Positions 1-7,104 of a stretch of DNA of 41,883 nt are shown here, piece by piece. Both the position numbers and the translations under genes were made by a program. Below the pieces are notes generated by a model. The model was not told where the DNA came from, made no database searches, and saw only the letters and a program-made list of their open reading frames with translations. This DNA is from a virus: the IMG/VR virus record IMGVR_UViG_3300046492_000081, one strand, 5' to 3'. The number at the start of each line of letters is the position of its first letter. Position 1 is the stretch's first letter.

Positions 1-127
1 GCAACCCACTTCTTAGCGCCGCCCCGGTCCCGGTCCGCCATGCGCTGTAGGTAGTCAATGCTGTCTAGGGCAAGCTCAGCCGCCATGTTCGCGTACCAAC
101 GCGTCAGGAACTTCTTAGGAAGCACGT
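1..127. repeat. Window-terminal direct repeat: 1-127 is identical to 41757-41883 (circular closure or assembly overlap)
   Basis: The two copies were compared base by base and are identical. The repeat lies inside the exonuclease ORF. Confidence 0.9.
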
Positions 128-224
128 CCACCACAGTGGTAACGCTGGGGTAGCGCTTCTCAGGGTCGGTCAACCGGAAGTAGACCCGGCTGCCGCCCTT
201 CTCATCATTCTTGACCTTCGCCAT
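1..224 (-). CDS. PD-(D/E)XK (Cas4/RecB-like) exonuclease, N-terminal segment; same gene as 41120..41883 across the circular junction
   Basis: ATG at 224 is preceded by a GGTGAGGA SD. The frame joins 41120..41883 (764+97 nt = 287 codons). Confidence 0.8.
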   Translation of the reverse strand, partial: MAKVKNDEKGGSRVYFRLTDPEKRYPSVTTVVDVLPKKFLTRWYANMAAELALDSIDYLQRMADRDRGGAKKWV

Positions 225-254
225 GTCCTCACCCTTCATCGTCGTCAGGGTGGG

Positions 255-272
255 TCTAGTGAGTCGAAGGCC
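255..272 (-). promoter_or_regulatory. Phage promoter-like motif, copy 1 (variant GGCCTTCGACTCACTAGA), upstream of the exonuclease gene
   Basis: Matches the 12-copy family. It sits 38 nt upstream of ATG 224 in gene orientation. Confidence 0.5.
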
Positions 273-276
273 CGTG

Positions 277-367
277 TGTAGGAATGTAGGAACTGAACCA
301 GGTCCCGGAATCTCTATAGAAACCCTTAGTGATTATCGAGAGTGGTGCAGAAACTACATTCCTACAT
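277..367. repeat. 91-bp inverted-repeat regulatory cassette A; paralogue at 24358-24448
   Basis: The arms are TGTAGGAATGTAG (277-289) and CTACATTCCTACA (354-366). The 61-bp core matches cassette B with no indels, roughly 48/61 by eye. Confidence 0.8.
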
Positions 368-449
368 TTTGGCTGGTCAGGGGTTCAGCGCTGTGGGGTT
401 GGCGTTCCACCTCCTACATGCGGCGCTGTACGCCCCTCAGACGGCATGA

Positions 450-485
450 GAAAGCCCCGTCCGACCACTGGGGCCAGACGGGGCT
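450..485 (-). terminator. Stem-loop terminator candidate at the end of the late operon
   Basis: AGCCCCGTC (453-461) pairs with GACGGGGCT (477-485). In minus sense the stem is followed by UUUCUC. It lies just after the stop of 507..728. Confidence 0.55.
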
Positions 486-506
486 AGAAGGCGCTCAGAC
501 AGGCGC

Positions 507-728
507 TCAGGGCTCCACAGGGATAACCACAGCCCCCCGGGCCACCCGTGCCGTTGCTCCTTCCGTGCTGCCACAGGGCACAGCGTCACAGACCATCAGG
601 CCACCAGGCAGCGGGCAACTGGGGTCATGGAACAGCGTGCGCGTGGTCTCATCCACCTTCATCAGCCTCATGGGCCGGACGTACCGGCAGACATGACACA
701 TGGTGGGCTGGTCTTCGTTCGCGGTCAT
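507..728 (-). CDS. Hypothetical Cys-rich 73-aa protein
   Basis: ATG 728 has a GGGGGAA SD. Contains CxxC plus three further Cys. GC3-rich. The longer ORF-track version reads through regulatory motifs. Confidence 0.6.
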   Translation of the reverse strand: MTANEDQPTMCHVCRYVRPMRLMKVDETTRTLFHDPSCPLPGGLMVCDAVPCGSTEGATARVARGAVVIPVEP

Positions 729-738
729 AACGTTCCCC

Positions 739-755
739 CTAGGGAGTCGAATGCC
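739..755 (-). promoter_or_regulatory. Phage promoter-like motif, copy 2
   Basis: GGCATTCGACTCCCTAG in gene sense, with the ATG at 728 beginning 17 nt after TTCGAC. Confidence 0.55.
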
Positions 756-778
756 ACTTACGGATTTTCGGAGGTGAC
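754..778. repeat. SD/anti-SD palindrome, copy a (imperfect)
   Basis: CCACTTACG GATTTT CGGAGGTGAC; abuts promoter motif copy 2. Confidence 0.7.
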
Positions 779-834
779 AACGCGGGAAGGCCCCGGGTCC
801 TGGGGGAACCTGGGGCCTTCCGGTCTGTGGTGTC

Positions 835-2169
835 TTACAGCGTGGCGGCAATCATGGCCGTGATGGCCTTCTTGGCCTCTTCCAGCTTCTTGCGCGCCGC
901 TTCCTTCGTGGCGTCCGTGGCGTTCTCGAAGTCATCCGGGTTGCCAGTCCCAATGTCCTTGAGGAGCTTGTCAGCCAGCTTCGTCACGCGCTCATCCGGC
1001 GTGGTGGTGTCCGCCGTGGTCTCGCCAGCGCCCTCCCCTTCGCCTTCGCCGCCCTCACCGGCACCCTCACCGGCACCACCAGCGGCCTCAAGCTCCTTGG
1101 CCTTCTGCTTTTCCTGGTAGGCAAGGCGCTTGCGCTCAGACTGACCGATGGTCGACGTGCCGTACGCCTTAGCGACGAACTCAGACGCGGGGACATCTTC
1201 CGGCTTGCCCTCAAGCACCTTCGCCACCCGGGCCCGGCGCTCCGCTGCCTCTTCCGTGTCCTCATCCAGCGACCGAAGCCACGCGGCACGGACGTCAGAG
1301 CGGTAGTCCTGAACCGAGCGCGTCAGCTTCTTGAGCGCCTGCTCATTGTCCCAGGTGTGTTCGAAGCCCTCACCGGCCATCTTGATGAGCGCCGTGCCTG
1401 CCTTCTTGGCAGCGTCCGAAGCAACCATCAGGTCAGGGTTGTCATCCTTGTTGGGGATGCGAGTGACCATGTCGAAGGCGACGGCCGCAACTTCCATGGC
1501 CACGTTGGAAGCCTTGAGGTTCAGGCGGACGCCCTCAGCCAGCTTCTCAGCGCCCATGGCTGCAAGCTCCTGAGTGCCTTCGTACTGGTCCCACGCCTTC
1601 TGAACAACCACGCCCTCAGCCGCCTTCTTGGCAACCTCCTTGGCCTTCGGCTTCTCAACCAGGGTGGCGGCTTCGGCCCACTGGTTGCGCTTCTCCTTCT
1701 TGGCCTTGATGGAGTCCTTGCCGCTCAGCGCGCTGATGATGGTCTCCGTCTCCTCCTTCAACTCCGCCAGCCCCTCAACGTTCTCCGCCTCAGCCAGAGA
1801 CCGGGCACGCTCAATGTTGGCGTCAATCTGCTCAAGGGCAGCCTTGCCATCCTCCGTGTTGACGTCCAGCTTCGCGGCGGTCTTCTCAGCCATGGTCTCT
1901 CCCGTGTTTCCGTTGGTGTTGCTGACAGACGGAACATTAGCAGACTCCGGGGCGTCCGTGTCTGCCACTTCCGAATTTTCGTAGGTGGTCTCTTCGGCAG
2001 CCTTCGCCAGCGCCTTGAGGCAGTTCGCGCAGTTCACGTCACCGCGCACTTCCCGGTAGCCCTCAGCCGCGCGGTTGCCGCCACAGATGGGAAGGGACAT
2101 GTAACCCTGGTGCTTCCGGGCCGCGTGAATCTTGCCGGTCCTGAGCTGAATGTTGACCATGGTGTCCAT
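835..2169 (-). CDS. Hypothetical 444-aa acidic, helical protein with an N-terminal Cys-rich motif; possible nested in-frame isoform from ATG 1893
   Basis: ATG 2169 follows a GAAGGGGCGGGG SD. N-terminus has C..C...CxxC; there is a Gly/Glu/Ala low-complexity tract near the C-terminus. A second strong SD (GGGAGAG) precedes the in-frame ATG at 1893. Confidence 0.75.
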   Translation of the reverse strand: MDTMVNIQLRTGKIHAARKHQGYMSLPICGGNRAAEGYREVRGDVNCANCLKALAKAAEETTYENSEVADTDAPESANVPSVSNTNGNTGETMAEKTAAKLDVNTEDGKAALEQIDANIERARSLAEAENVEGLAELKEETETIISALSGKDSIKAKKEKRNQWAEAATLVEKPKAKEVAKKAAEGVVVQKAWDQYEGTQELAAMGAEKLAEGVRLNLKASNVAMEVAAVAFDMVTRIPNKDDNPDLMVASDAAKKAGTALIKMAGEGFEHTWDNEQALKKLTRSVQDYRSDVRAAWLRSLDEDTEEAAERRARVAKVLEGKPEDVPASEFVAKAYGTSTIGQSERKRLAYQEKQKAKELEAAGGAGEGAGEGGEGEGEGAGETTADTTTPDERVTKLADKLLKDIGTGNPDDFENATDATKEAARKKLEEAKKAITAMIAATL

Positions 2170-2210
2170 GTCCCCGCCCCTTCGTTGTGTGCTTGCGTGA
2201 TCAGTATGGG

Positions 2211-2244
2211 GGGTGTCGGGACCTGGTTGCAAGTCCCGACACCC
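2211..2244 (-). terminator. 12-bp GC stem-loop without a U tail (attenuator or RNA-stability hairpin candidate)
   Basis: GGGTGTCGGGAC-N10-GTCCCGACACCC, immediately after palindrome b. Confidence 0.35.
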
Positions 2245-2265
2245 TACGGATTTTCGGAGGTGGTC
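2240..2265. repeat. SD/anti-SD palindrome, copy b (imperfect)
   Basis: CACCCTACG GATTTT CGGAGGTGGTC; overlaps the stop codon of 2264..2689. Confidence 0.7.
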
Positions 2266-2689
2266 AGGCGGCTTCGTTCCAACGCCGGTTCAGCGCCCAG
2301 TCAGAGAACACAGCGCCAACGTGGTACTGCCCGTACGAAGAGCCCTTGCCGTCGCTCACCTGAATGTACGCCGTGCCGTGCGTGTTGGTCCTGACCTCAA
2401 CGGTCAGCCCGAACTCATACGCCTGAGCCACAACCGCTGCCAGGCGCTCAGCCGGTACGTCCCGGTACTCAAGGCCCGAAGGACCACCCCCGCGCGCCGT
2501 GTAGACCTCACCCAGGTCAACCGTGACCTTGCCCATGTCAGTGCCCTTTCCGTGGAAGGCTGCCCAGCACTCAGCGGACTTGAGCGCCATGCCAGCCGTG
2601 TAGTAGCCCGGGGTGGCGAACAGGATGCGGTCACCTTCGCGGACCTGACCGAAGTGCTTGCCGCTGTTCTCCGTGACCGTGATGTTCAT
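2264..2689 (-). CDS. Hypothetical 141-aa protein
   Basis: ATG 2689 with an AAGGAG SD 9 nt upstream. GC3-rich. Confidence 0.65.
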   Translation of the reverse strand: MNITVTENSGKHFGQVREGDRILFATPGYYTAGMALKSAECWAAFHGKGTDMGKVTVDLGEVYTARGGGPSGLEYRDVPAERLAAVVAQAYEFGLTVEVRTNTHGTAYIQVSDGKGSSYGQYHVGAVFSDWALNRRWNEAA

Positions 2690-2757
2690 CCTGACCGCTC
2701 CTTCGTTGCTGTTGTTGTGTGCCCAGCTAAGCGCATGCCGCACCCCCGGCGCAACCC

Positions 2758-2783
2758 CCACCTACGATTTTTCGGAGGTGACC
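2758..2783. repeat. SD/anti-SD palindrome, copy c
   Basis: CCACCTACG ATTTTT CGGAGGTGAC. Confidence 0.7.
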
Positions 2784-2835
2784 CAACGCAAAAAGCCCCC
2801 CAGCAAGCCGGTCAGGGCTCACCAGGGGGCTTCGT

Positions 2836-3393
2836 TCAGCGCTGTCTCACAAGGAGATCAGTCACCGTGTGCAGATCAAAGACGCTGCCGCCGTTGATCA
2901 GGGTCTCATCCGCCGGGAAGGCGTTCAGATCGTTCTCACTGTCGTGTGTGTCAGTGCTCACAAGGTCAGGGCGCTTGATGCGGACCAGGATGAAGCCAGC
3001 CGCCTTGAGCGCTTCGGCTTCGTTCCCGTACCGGCAGTCAGTCACCACAACCGGCATGTTCCATCCGTCGGCAGCGCTGACCTTCTCCATCAGCACGCGC
3101 ACCCAGAAGTCAGGGTCAAGCTCACGCACGGTCTGACCCATGTGTTGGAGCGTCCGGCGGACTTCCGGGTAATTCTCCTTCGCGTAGTCCCAACCAACGT
3201 CAGCAATCAGGGACTCAAGCCGGACGCTGACGCCATAGCCGGTAGGGATGTACGGATTGACTTGCAGCGCCATCCGCTTGAGCGGGTCAGCGAACGCAAG
3301 CCGGGTAAATGCCCAGCGCTGGACCAGCCGCAAACCGGCCGTGTCCTTTCCGCTACGGGCCTTACCGATAAAGGCAATGTTCTGGTAGCTCAT
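2836..3393 (-). CDS. Deoxynucleoside monophosphate kinase-like P-loop protein
   Basis: N-terminal Walker A motif IGKARSGKD. Size and layout are typical of phage dNMP kinases. ATG 3393 follows a GGAGAGAG SD. Confidence 0.65.
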   Translation of the reverse strand: MSYQNIAFIGKARSGKDTAGLRLVQRWAFTRLAFADPLKRMALQVNPYIPTGYGVSVRLESLIADVGWDYAKENYPEVRRTLQHMGQTVRELDPDFWVRVLMEKVSAADGWNMPVVVTDCRYGNEAEALKAAGFILVRIKRPDLVSTDTHDSENDLNAFPADETLINGGSVFDLHTVTDLLVRQR

Positions 3394-3398
3394 ATTCA

Positions 3399-3433
3399 CT
3401 CTCTCCGTCCGGGGATTGCCCTTCGGGAGAGAG
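3399..3433 (-). promoter_or_regulatory. Hairpin sequestering the SD of 2836..3393
   Basis: In mRNA sense, CUCUCUCC (3433-3426) pairs with the SD GGAGAGAG (3406-3399), enclosing a 19-nt loop. Confidence 0.4.
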
Positions 3434-3450
3434 TGAGTGAGTCGAATGCC
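3431..3450 (-). promoter_or_regulatory. Phage promoter-like motif, copy 3
   Basis: GGCATTCGACTCACTCACTC in gene sense; overlaps the stop codon of 3450..3638. Confidence 0.55.
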
Positions 3451-3638
3451 TAGCCCCCTAGGAACACCTTGCAGGCGTCAAGAAGGGCATCAGCCGGGAA
3501 GCCAGGCACATAGCGCGACGCTAGCGGGATCACCACTATTGCCACGCCGTACAGCTTCCGCCGGTTAGCGACGAACCAGGACACTGCCCGGCTTACCTTG
3601 TCCAGCCACCCGGCATCAGGCGTGCTGTGATCACCCAT
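3450..3638 (-). CDS. Small membrane protein (holin-like, in the lysis cassette)
   Basis: 62 aa with one hydrophobic helix (LYGVAIVVIPLA). The SD GGAGGTGG is supplied by palindrome d. Confidence 0.6.
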   Translation of the reverse strand: MGDHSTPDAGWLDKVSRAVSWFVANRRKLYGVAIVVIPLASRYVPGFPADALLDACKVFLGG

Positions 3639-3639
3639 G

Positions 3640-3664
3640 GACCACCTCCGAAAAATCGTATGTA
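3640..3664. repeat. SD/anti-SD palindrome, copy d (degenerate anti-SD arm; the SD arm serves as the RBS of 3450..3638)
   Basis: GACCACCTCCG AAAAAT CGTATGTA on the plus strand. Confidence 0.65.
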
Positions 3665-3706
3665 CAGAGAGTCACGGCCGGCAAAACGCTCCGTGATAAT
3701 TGCAGG

Positions 3707-3949
3707 TCAGCGGGTCAGGAACGGGACGACTACGCCAACCAGGGCCCCTAGGGTCGCTGCCACGCCGGACGCACGCCACACCCGCTGTTCTAGCGAAGTG
3801 ACGCGCTCTTCCAGTGCTTCTAGCTCTTCCCGGGTGTCATCAAGCGATAGGCGCTCATCTAGCCGGATCACGGCATCAGAAAGCCGCCTCAGTTCGTCGT
3901 AAATCTCACGACTGGACACCCACGCGCCCCCACTTTCAGGCGTAGTCAT
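3707..3949 (-). CDS. Small membrane protein with a coiled-coil N-terminus and a C-terminal TM helix (holin or lysis accessory)
   Basis: 80 aa with C-terminal GVAATLGALVGVVVPFL. Lies directly downstream of the lysin. Confidence 0.6.
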   Translation of the reverse strand: MTTPESGGAWVSSREIYDELRRLSDAVIRLDERLSLDDTREELEALEERVTSLEQRVWRASGVAATLGALVGVVVPFLTR

Positions 3950-3958
3950 CGGGGCCCC

Positions 3959-4735
3959 TTACGGCTTGACGTTGAATCCATGCTTAGCGCCTAGGCGCGT
4001 CAGCGAAGTGGTGCCCGGAATACCGTCAGCATCCTTGCCGCTGTACCCCATTGCCTTCTGGTGCTTCTTGTACGCCTCAATGGTGGTGGTCCCGTAAGAC
4101 CCGTCACCGGCATACTTCGCGGCTAGGTAACCCTCAGCCTTGAGCGCCGCCTCAACTAGCTTCACGCCAGCCGCATAGGTCTGGTGCCCCTGAGCGGCCT
4201 TCGGGTCCAGCTTCGCGGCCTTGATGACCTCAGAGAGATCAACCGTGGGCTTAGCCGGGACAGCCGCCTTCTTGTACGCCGGACGGCCGAAGCCAAGGAT
4301 GACGTTCCGGCCACGCGTGCGCCGGTAGCAACCATCCCCGTTGCCCTGAGAACCGGCAGTGCCCGAAGACGTGTTGCCCTCAATGGTCTTAACGTCAGCA
4401 CCAGCCGCAGCATCAGCCGTGACTACGCCAACATGGTCAGCGACCGGGCCACCGTCCCAGGTGAAAAAGACAATGTCACCCTTCTTGACCGCGCTGCCCT
4501 TGCTGACCCACTGGCCACGCGCCTTGAACCAGTTCACATGCGACGGGCAGTAGGCGAAGTGACCGACAACATCAGCGTTGCCCGACTGGTCACCCCACAG
4601 CGAAACGGCCATGTCACACCACGGCTGGTGGTTCATGCCGTACCACTTGCCATGCTTCGTGTCGTTGTTCGCCCCTTCCTTGTAACCAACATCCTTGGAA
4701 GCGGCGGCAATCATCGCGTCAGCGGTAGAAGCCAT
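3959..4735 (-). CDS. Endolysin: N-terminal CHAP-like amidase/peptidase plus C-terminal peptidoglycan-binding domain
   Basis: Cys/His signature (QPWCDMAVS ... DHVGVV). C-terminal PG_binding_1-like segment (YGTTTIEAYKKHQKAMGYSGKDADGIPG). ATG 4735 follows a GAAGGGAAAA SD. Confidence 0.8.
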   Translation of the reverse strand: MASTADAMIAAASKDVGYKEGANNDTKHGKWYGMNHQPWCDMAVSLWGDQSGNADVVGHFAYCPSHVNWFKARGQWVSKGSAVKKGDIVFFTWDGGPVADHVGVVTADAAAGADVKTIEGNTSSGTAGSQGNGDGCYRRTRGRNVILGFGRPAYKKAAVPAKPTVDLSEVIKAAKLDPKAAQGHQTYAAGVKLVEAALKAEGYLAAKYAGDGSYGTTTIEAYKKHQKAMGYSGKDADGIPGTTSLTRLGAKHGFNVKP

Positions 4736-4786
4736 GGTTTTCCCTTCGATAGAAGACAGTCCCCCAGTAGTAACTAGGGAGTGGAA

Positions 4787-4814
4787 AGCCCCCGGGACCA
4801 GGTCCACGGGGGCT
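4787..4814 (-). terminator. GC-rich hairpin plus UUUCC tail between the tail genes and the lysis cassette
   Basis: AGCCCCCG...CGGGGGCT with an inner GGACC/GGTCC pairing. Confidence 0.45.
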
Positions 4815-4815
4815 A

Positions 4816-4840
4816 TCACTTACGGATTTTCGGAAGTGCC
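4816..4840. repeat. SD/anti-SD palindrome, copy e (imperfect)
   Basis: TCACTTACG GATTTT CGGAAGTGCC; touches the stop codon of 4840..5451. Confidence 0.7.
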
Positions 4841-5451
4841 TACAGGGACGTGAAGCACCCGTTAAAGCCAACCCATGCAGGCGTTGACTTCGTCTGGATG
4901 CCGTACAGGCGGAGGTATCCGGTAGTGGTGATGTCCATCTTGAGCGTGATTCGCTCCGACCCGGAGTCAGAGCACGGGACAGAGATAGTCCGCAGAGAAG
5001 CCGGGCGGGCAGTCGTCGGCAGCGCCGTGGTGTTCAGCTCAAAGTAAGACGGCAGCGAAGTGGGGTAAGAGCTACGGCTGATGCCGCCACGAAACATAAT
5101 CGTGTCTTCGCCGTACATGTTCACAACGCGGTACTGAAAGGTGCCCTGTGAGTTGCCGTTGTTGGTCCAGCCGGACGCTAGGCCAATGCTCTTCCACGTG
5201 TTCGTTCCGTACCCGAAGGCCACCCACGCCGTACCGTCGTACACGTCCAGCCGCCCAATGTCCTTGAGCCACGTCACCATTCCGGCAACCGGCTTCTTGA
5301 CAGTGGCACCACGGACCACAGCGGAAGCGAAGGTCATCACAACCTTCGGGGTAAGCCCGTCAACAATGCCCTGCCCCAGGGTCTGAGCGTTGGGCTTGTC
5401 AGTCAGGGTGGGGTACGTAACGCCCTGCCCGTAGGAGTCAGTTAGCGGCAT
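4840..5451 (-). CDS. Minor tail protein
   Basis: 203 aa in the tail-tip gene block. AAGGAGA SD. Confidence 0.65.
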   Translation of the reverse strand: MPLTDSYGQGVTYPTLTDKPNAQTLGQGIVDGLTPKVVMTFASAVVRGATVKKPVAGMVTWLKDIGRLDVYDGTAWVAFGYGTNTWKSIGLASGWTNNGNSQGTFQYRVVNMYGEDTIMFRGGISRSSYPTSLPSYFELNTTALPTTARPASLRTISVPCSDSGSERITLKMDITTTGYLRLYGIQTKSTPAWVGFNGCFTSL

Positions 5452-5463
5452 GGGTGGGTCTCC

Positions 5464-5979
5464 TTAGTAGTCAGTGGCAATCCACCCGAAGGTGGTCACG
5501 CTGTCAGTGGTCCGGCGGGACCGAAGTTCAAATGCCATGGTGCTTACGCTGGCAACAGCCCAGTTCAGCTCAGTACCCCCGGAACTGACCGAAGAGATAG
5601 GCGTTGCAACCACGGTGGGGGTGCTGGAAAACGCCTTCGGGAACGTCACGCTTACCGCTGTCCATGTGCCCGTGGTACCGCCCGAAGTGGGGGTTGTGGC
5701 CGAACCGGTCTGAATCCTGGGGGTTGTGGTGGTCCGCAGAGAACCGATACAGACCCACCCACCAGCGGAGCGCAATAGCTCAACGCTGTGCCCCACGGCA
5801 GGGGCCTGGTAGCTGGACAGCACGCGCACGCTGGGGTAGGTGTCGCCAGCCCTGGTTACGTCAACGGTGCCATCTGAGTTGACCACGCTGACCGTAGCCA
5901 TAAACGCGTTGGACTCAAGGACACCAGACCGCTTCACGGCATCCACAGACGCGTTCAGAAGGCCATCTAGTCCGCTCAT
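5464..5979 (-). CDS. Minor tail protein
   Basis: 171 aa; start overlaps the upstream stop. Thr/Ser-rich. Confidence 0.65.
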   Translation of the reverse strand: MSGLDGLLNASVDAVKRSGVLESNAFMATVSVVNSDGTVDVTRAGDTYPSVRVLSSYQAPAVGHSVELLRSAGGWVCIGSLRTTTTPRIQTGSATTPTSGGTTGTWTAVSVTFPKAFSSTPTVVATPISSVSSGGTELNWAVASVSTMAFELRSRRTTDSVTTFGWIATDY

Positions 5980-7103
5980 GAGGATTCGTCCGCCTTCCCG
6001 CTCACGGTGTTGATAGTGAAGCCCCCATTGCCCACGCTCAGCGGGATGGAGAAGCTATGGACCACGTGAATCTCAGGCAGGGCGGCAGCCCCGTAGTTCA
6101 CGCGGATACGGTCGCCAGCGTCTAGCGCGGCATTCGGGACGGCTTCCAGAGTCACCGTGCGGTTGGGTGCCCGGTACTTCGCCAGCAAGGCGTTAGCCGT
6201 CGCCTGAGCCTGGTTCGTGGTGGTCACCAGGGAAGAGCTGTAAGCCTTCGTCACCTTGCCGTACGGACCGCCGTAGTACAGCGGGTCACTGGTGCTGGTG
6301 ATGGTGGCCGTGCCCCGGACGGCAGGCTTGTTGTCAGCGCTGTTCTCCCCGGTAACGATCACCCGGTTGTAGACGCCATCCGCCGTCAGTTCCATGTTGG
6401 CGCTGACCATGACTCCGGCTTCACCCGCTGACACGTCCCAGACGGGCGTCACAGCCACGTTGAGGGGGTCCGGGATATCTACCAGCCGGAAGGTCCCGGC
6501 AGCGTCACAGAACAGCTCACAGCCCACGGAGTCAGCCACCTCACGGAAGCTGGTCCACGTGTCCGTGTTCGCATCCCACGTCTTCGTAGCCAGTGGCGTT
6601 GAAGCCCCCAGGGTCGACGCATCAACGAACGAAGCGCCCGGGATCACGTTGGGGATGAAGTAACCCAGGAAGGCGGCAGCGTTGGTATAGCCCTTCGTGC
6701 TGGTGGCAGAGTCCCACAGTGCACGCTTGAGCAGGATCTCAAGACCACTCGCCTGAATGGACAGCGGACCAGTGTGAATGTTGCCGCTGACACTGGTGAT
6801 GACGAACATCCCGGCGGGCACCCGCTCAACGGACCCGTCTAGGTACTGAATTCCGGTCTCAACGTAAAGGCGCTGCCCGTAGACAGCGAACTTGTCCGTG
6901 GCATTGACCGGGAACTGTGCGGGATCAGCAATGGAAAGGGACAGTGACCGCCGAACGTCACTGCCCCTATCCACGCTTACCGACCCGTCCGTAAAGGCAA
7001 TGTCCTCAGCAACGATGCTGCCGTTGTAAATGACATTGATCTTCGTGGAAAGGCCGTGATCCGTTGTCAGTGCCGGTAGCCACTTCGAGCTAACCGACTG
7101 CAT
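5976..7103 (-). CDS. Minor tail protein (baseplate or tail-tip component)
   Basis: 375 aa, positioned after the Dit-like gene. Confidence 0.65.
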   Translation of the reverse strand: MQSVSSKWLPALTTDHGLSTKINVIYNGSIVAEDIAFTDGSVSVDRGSDVRRSLSLSIADPAQFPVNATDKFAVYGQRLYVETGIQYLDGSVERVPAGMFVITSVSGNIHTGPLSIQASGLEILLKRALWDSATSTKGYTNAAAFLGYFIPNVIPGASFVDASTLGASTPLATKTWDANTDTWTSFREVADSVGCELFCDAAGTFRLVDIPDPLNVAVTPVWDVSAGEAGVMVSANMELTADGVYNRVIVTGENSADNKPAVRGTATITSTSDPLYYGGPYGKVTKAYSSSLVTTTNQAQATANALLAKYRAPNRTVTLEAVPNAALDAGDRIRVNYGAAALPEIHVVHSFSIPLSVGNGGFTINTVSGKADESS

Positions 7104-7104
7104 G

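Noticed and set aside
1-127. True direct terminal repeat of the virion genome
   Set aside because: The repeat splits an essential-looking ORF, and the genome has the HNH/TerS/TerL layout of cos phages. An assembly overlap is more likely, but this needs read-level data.
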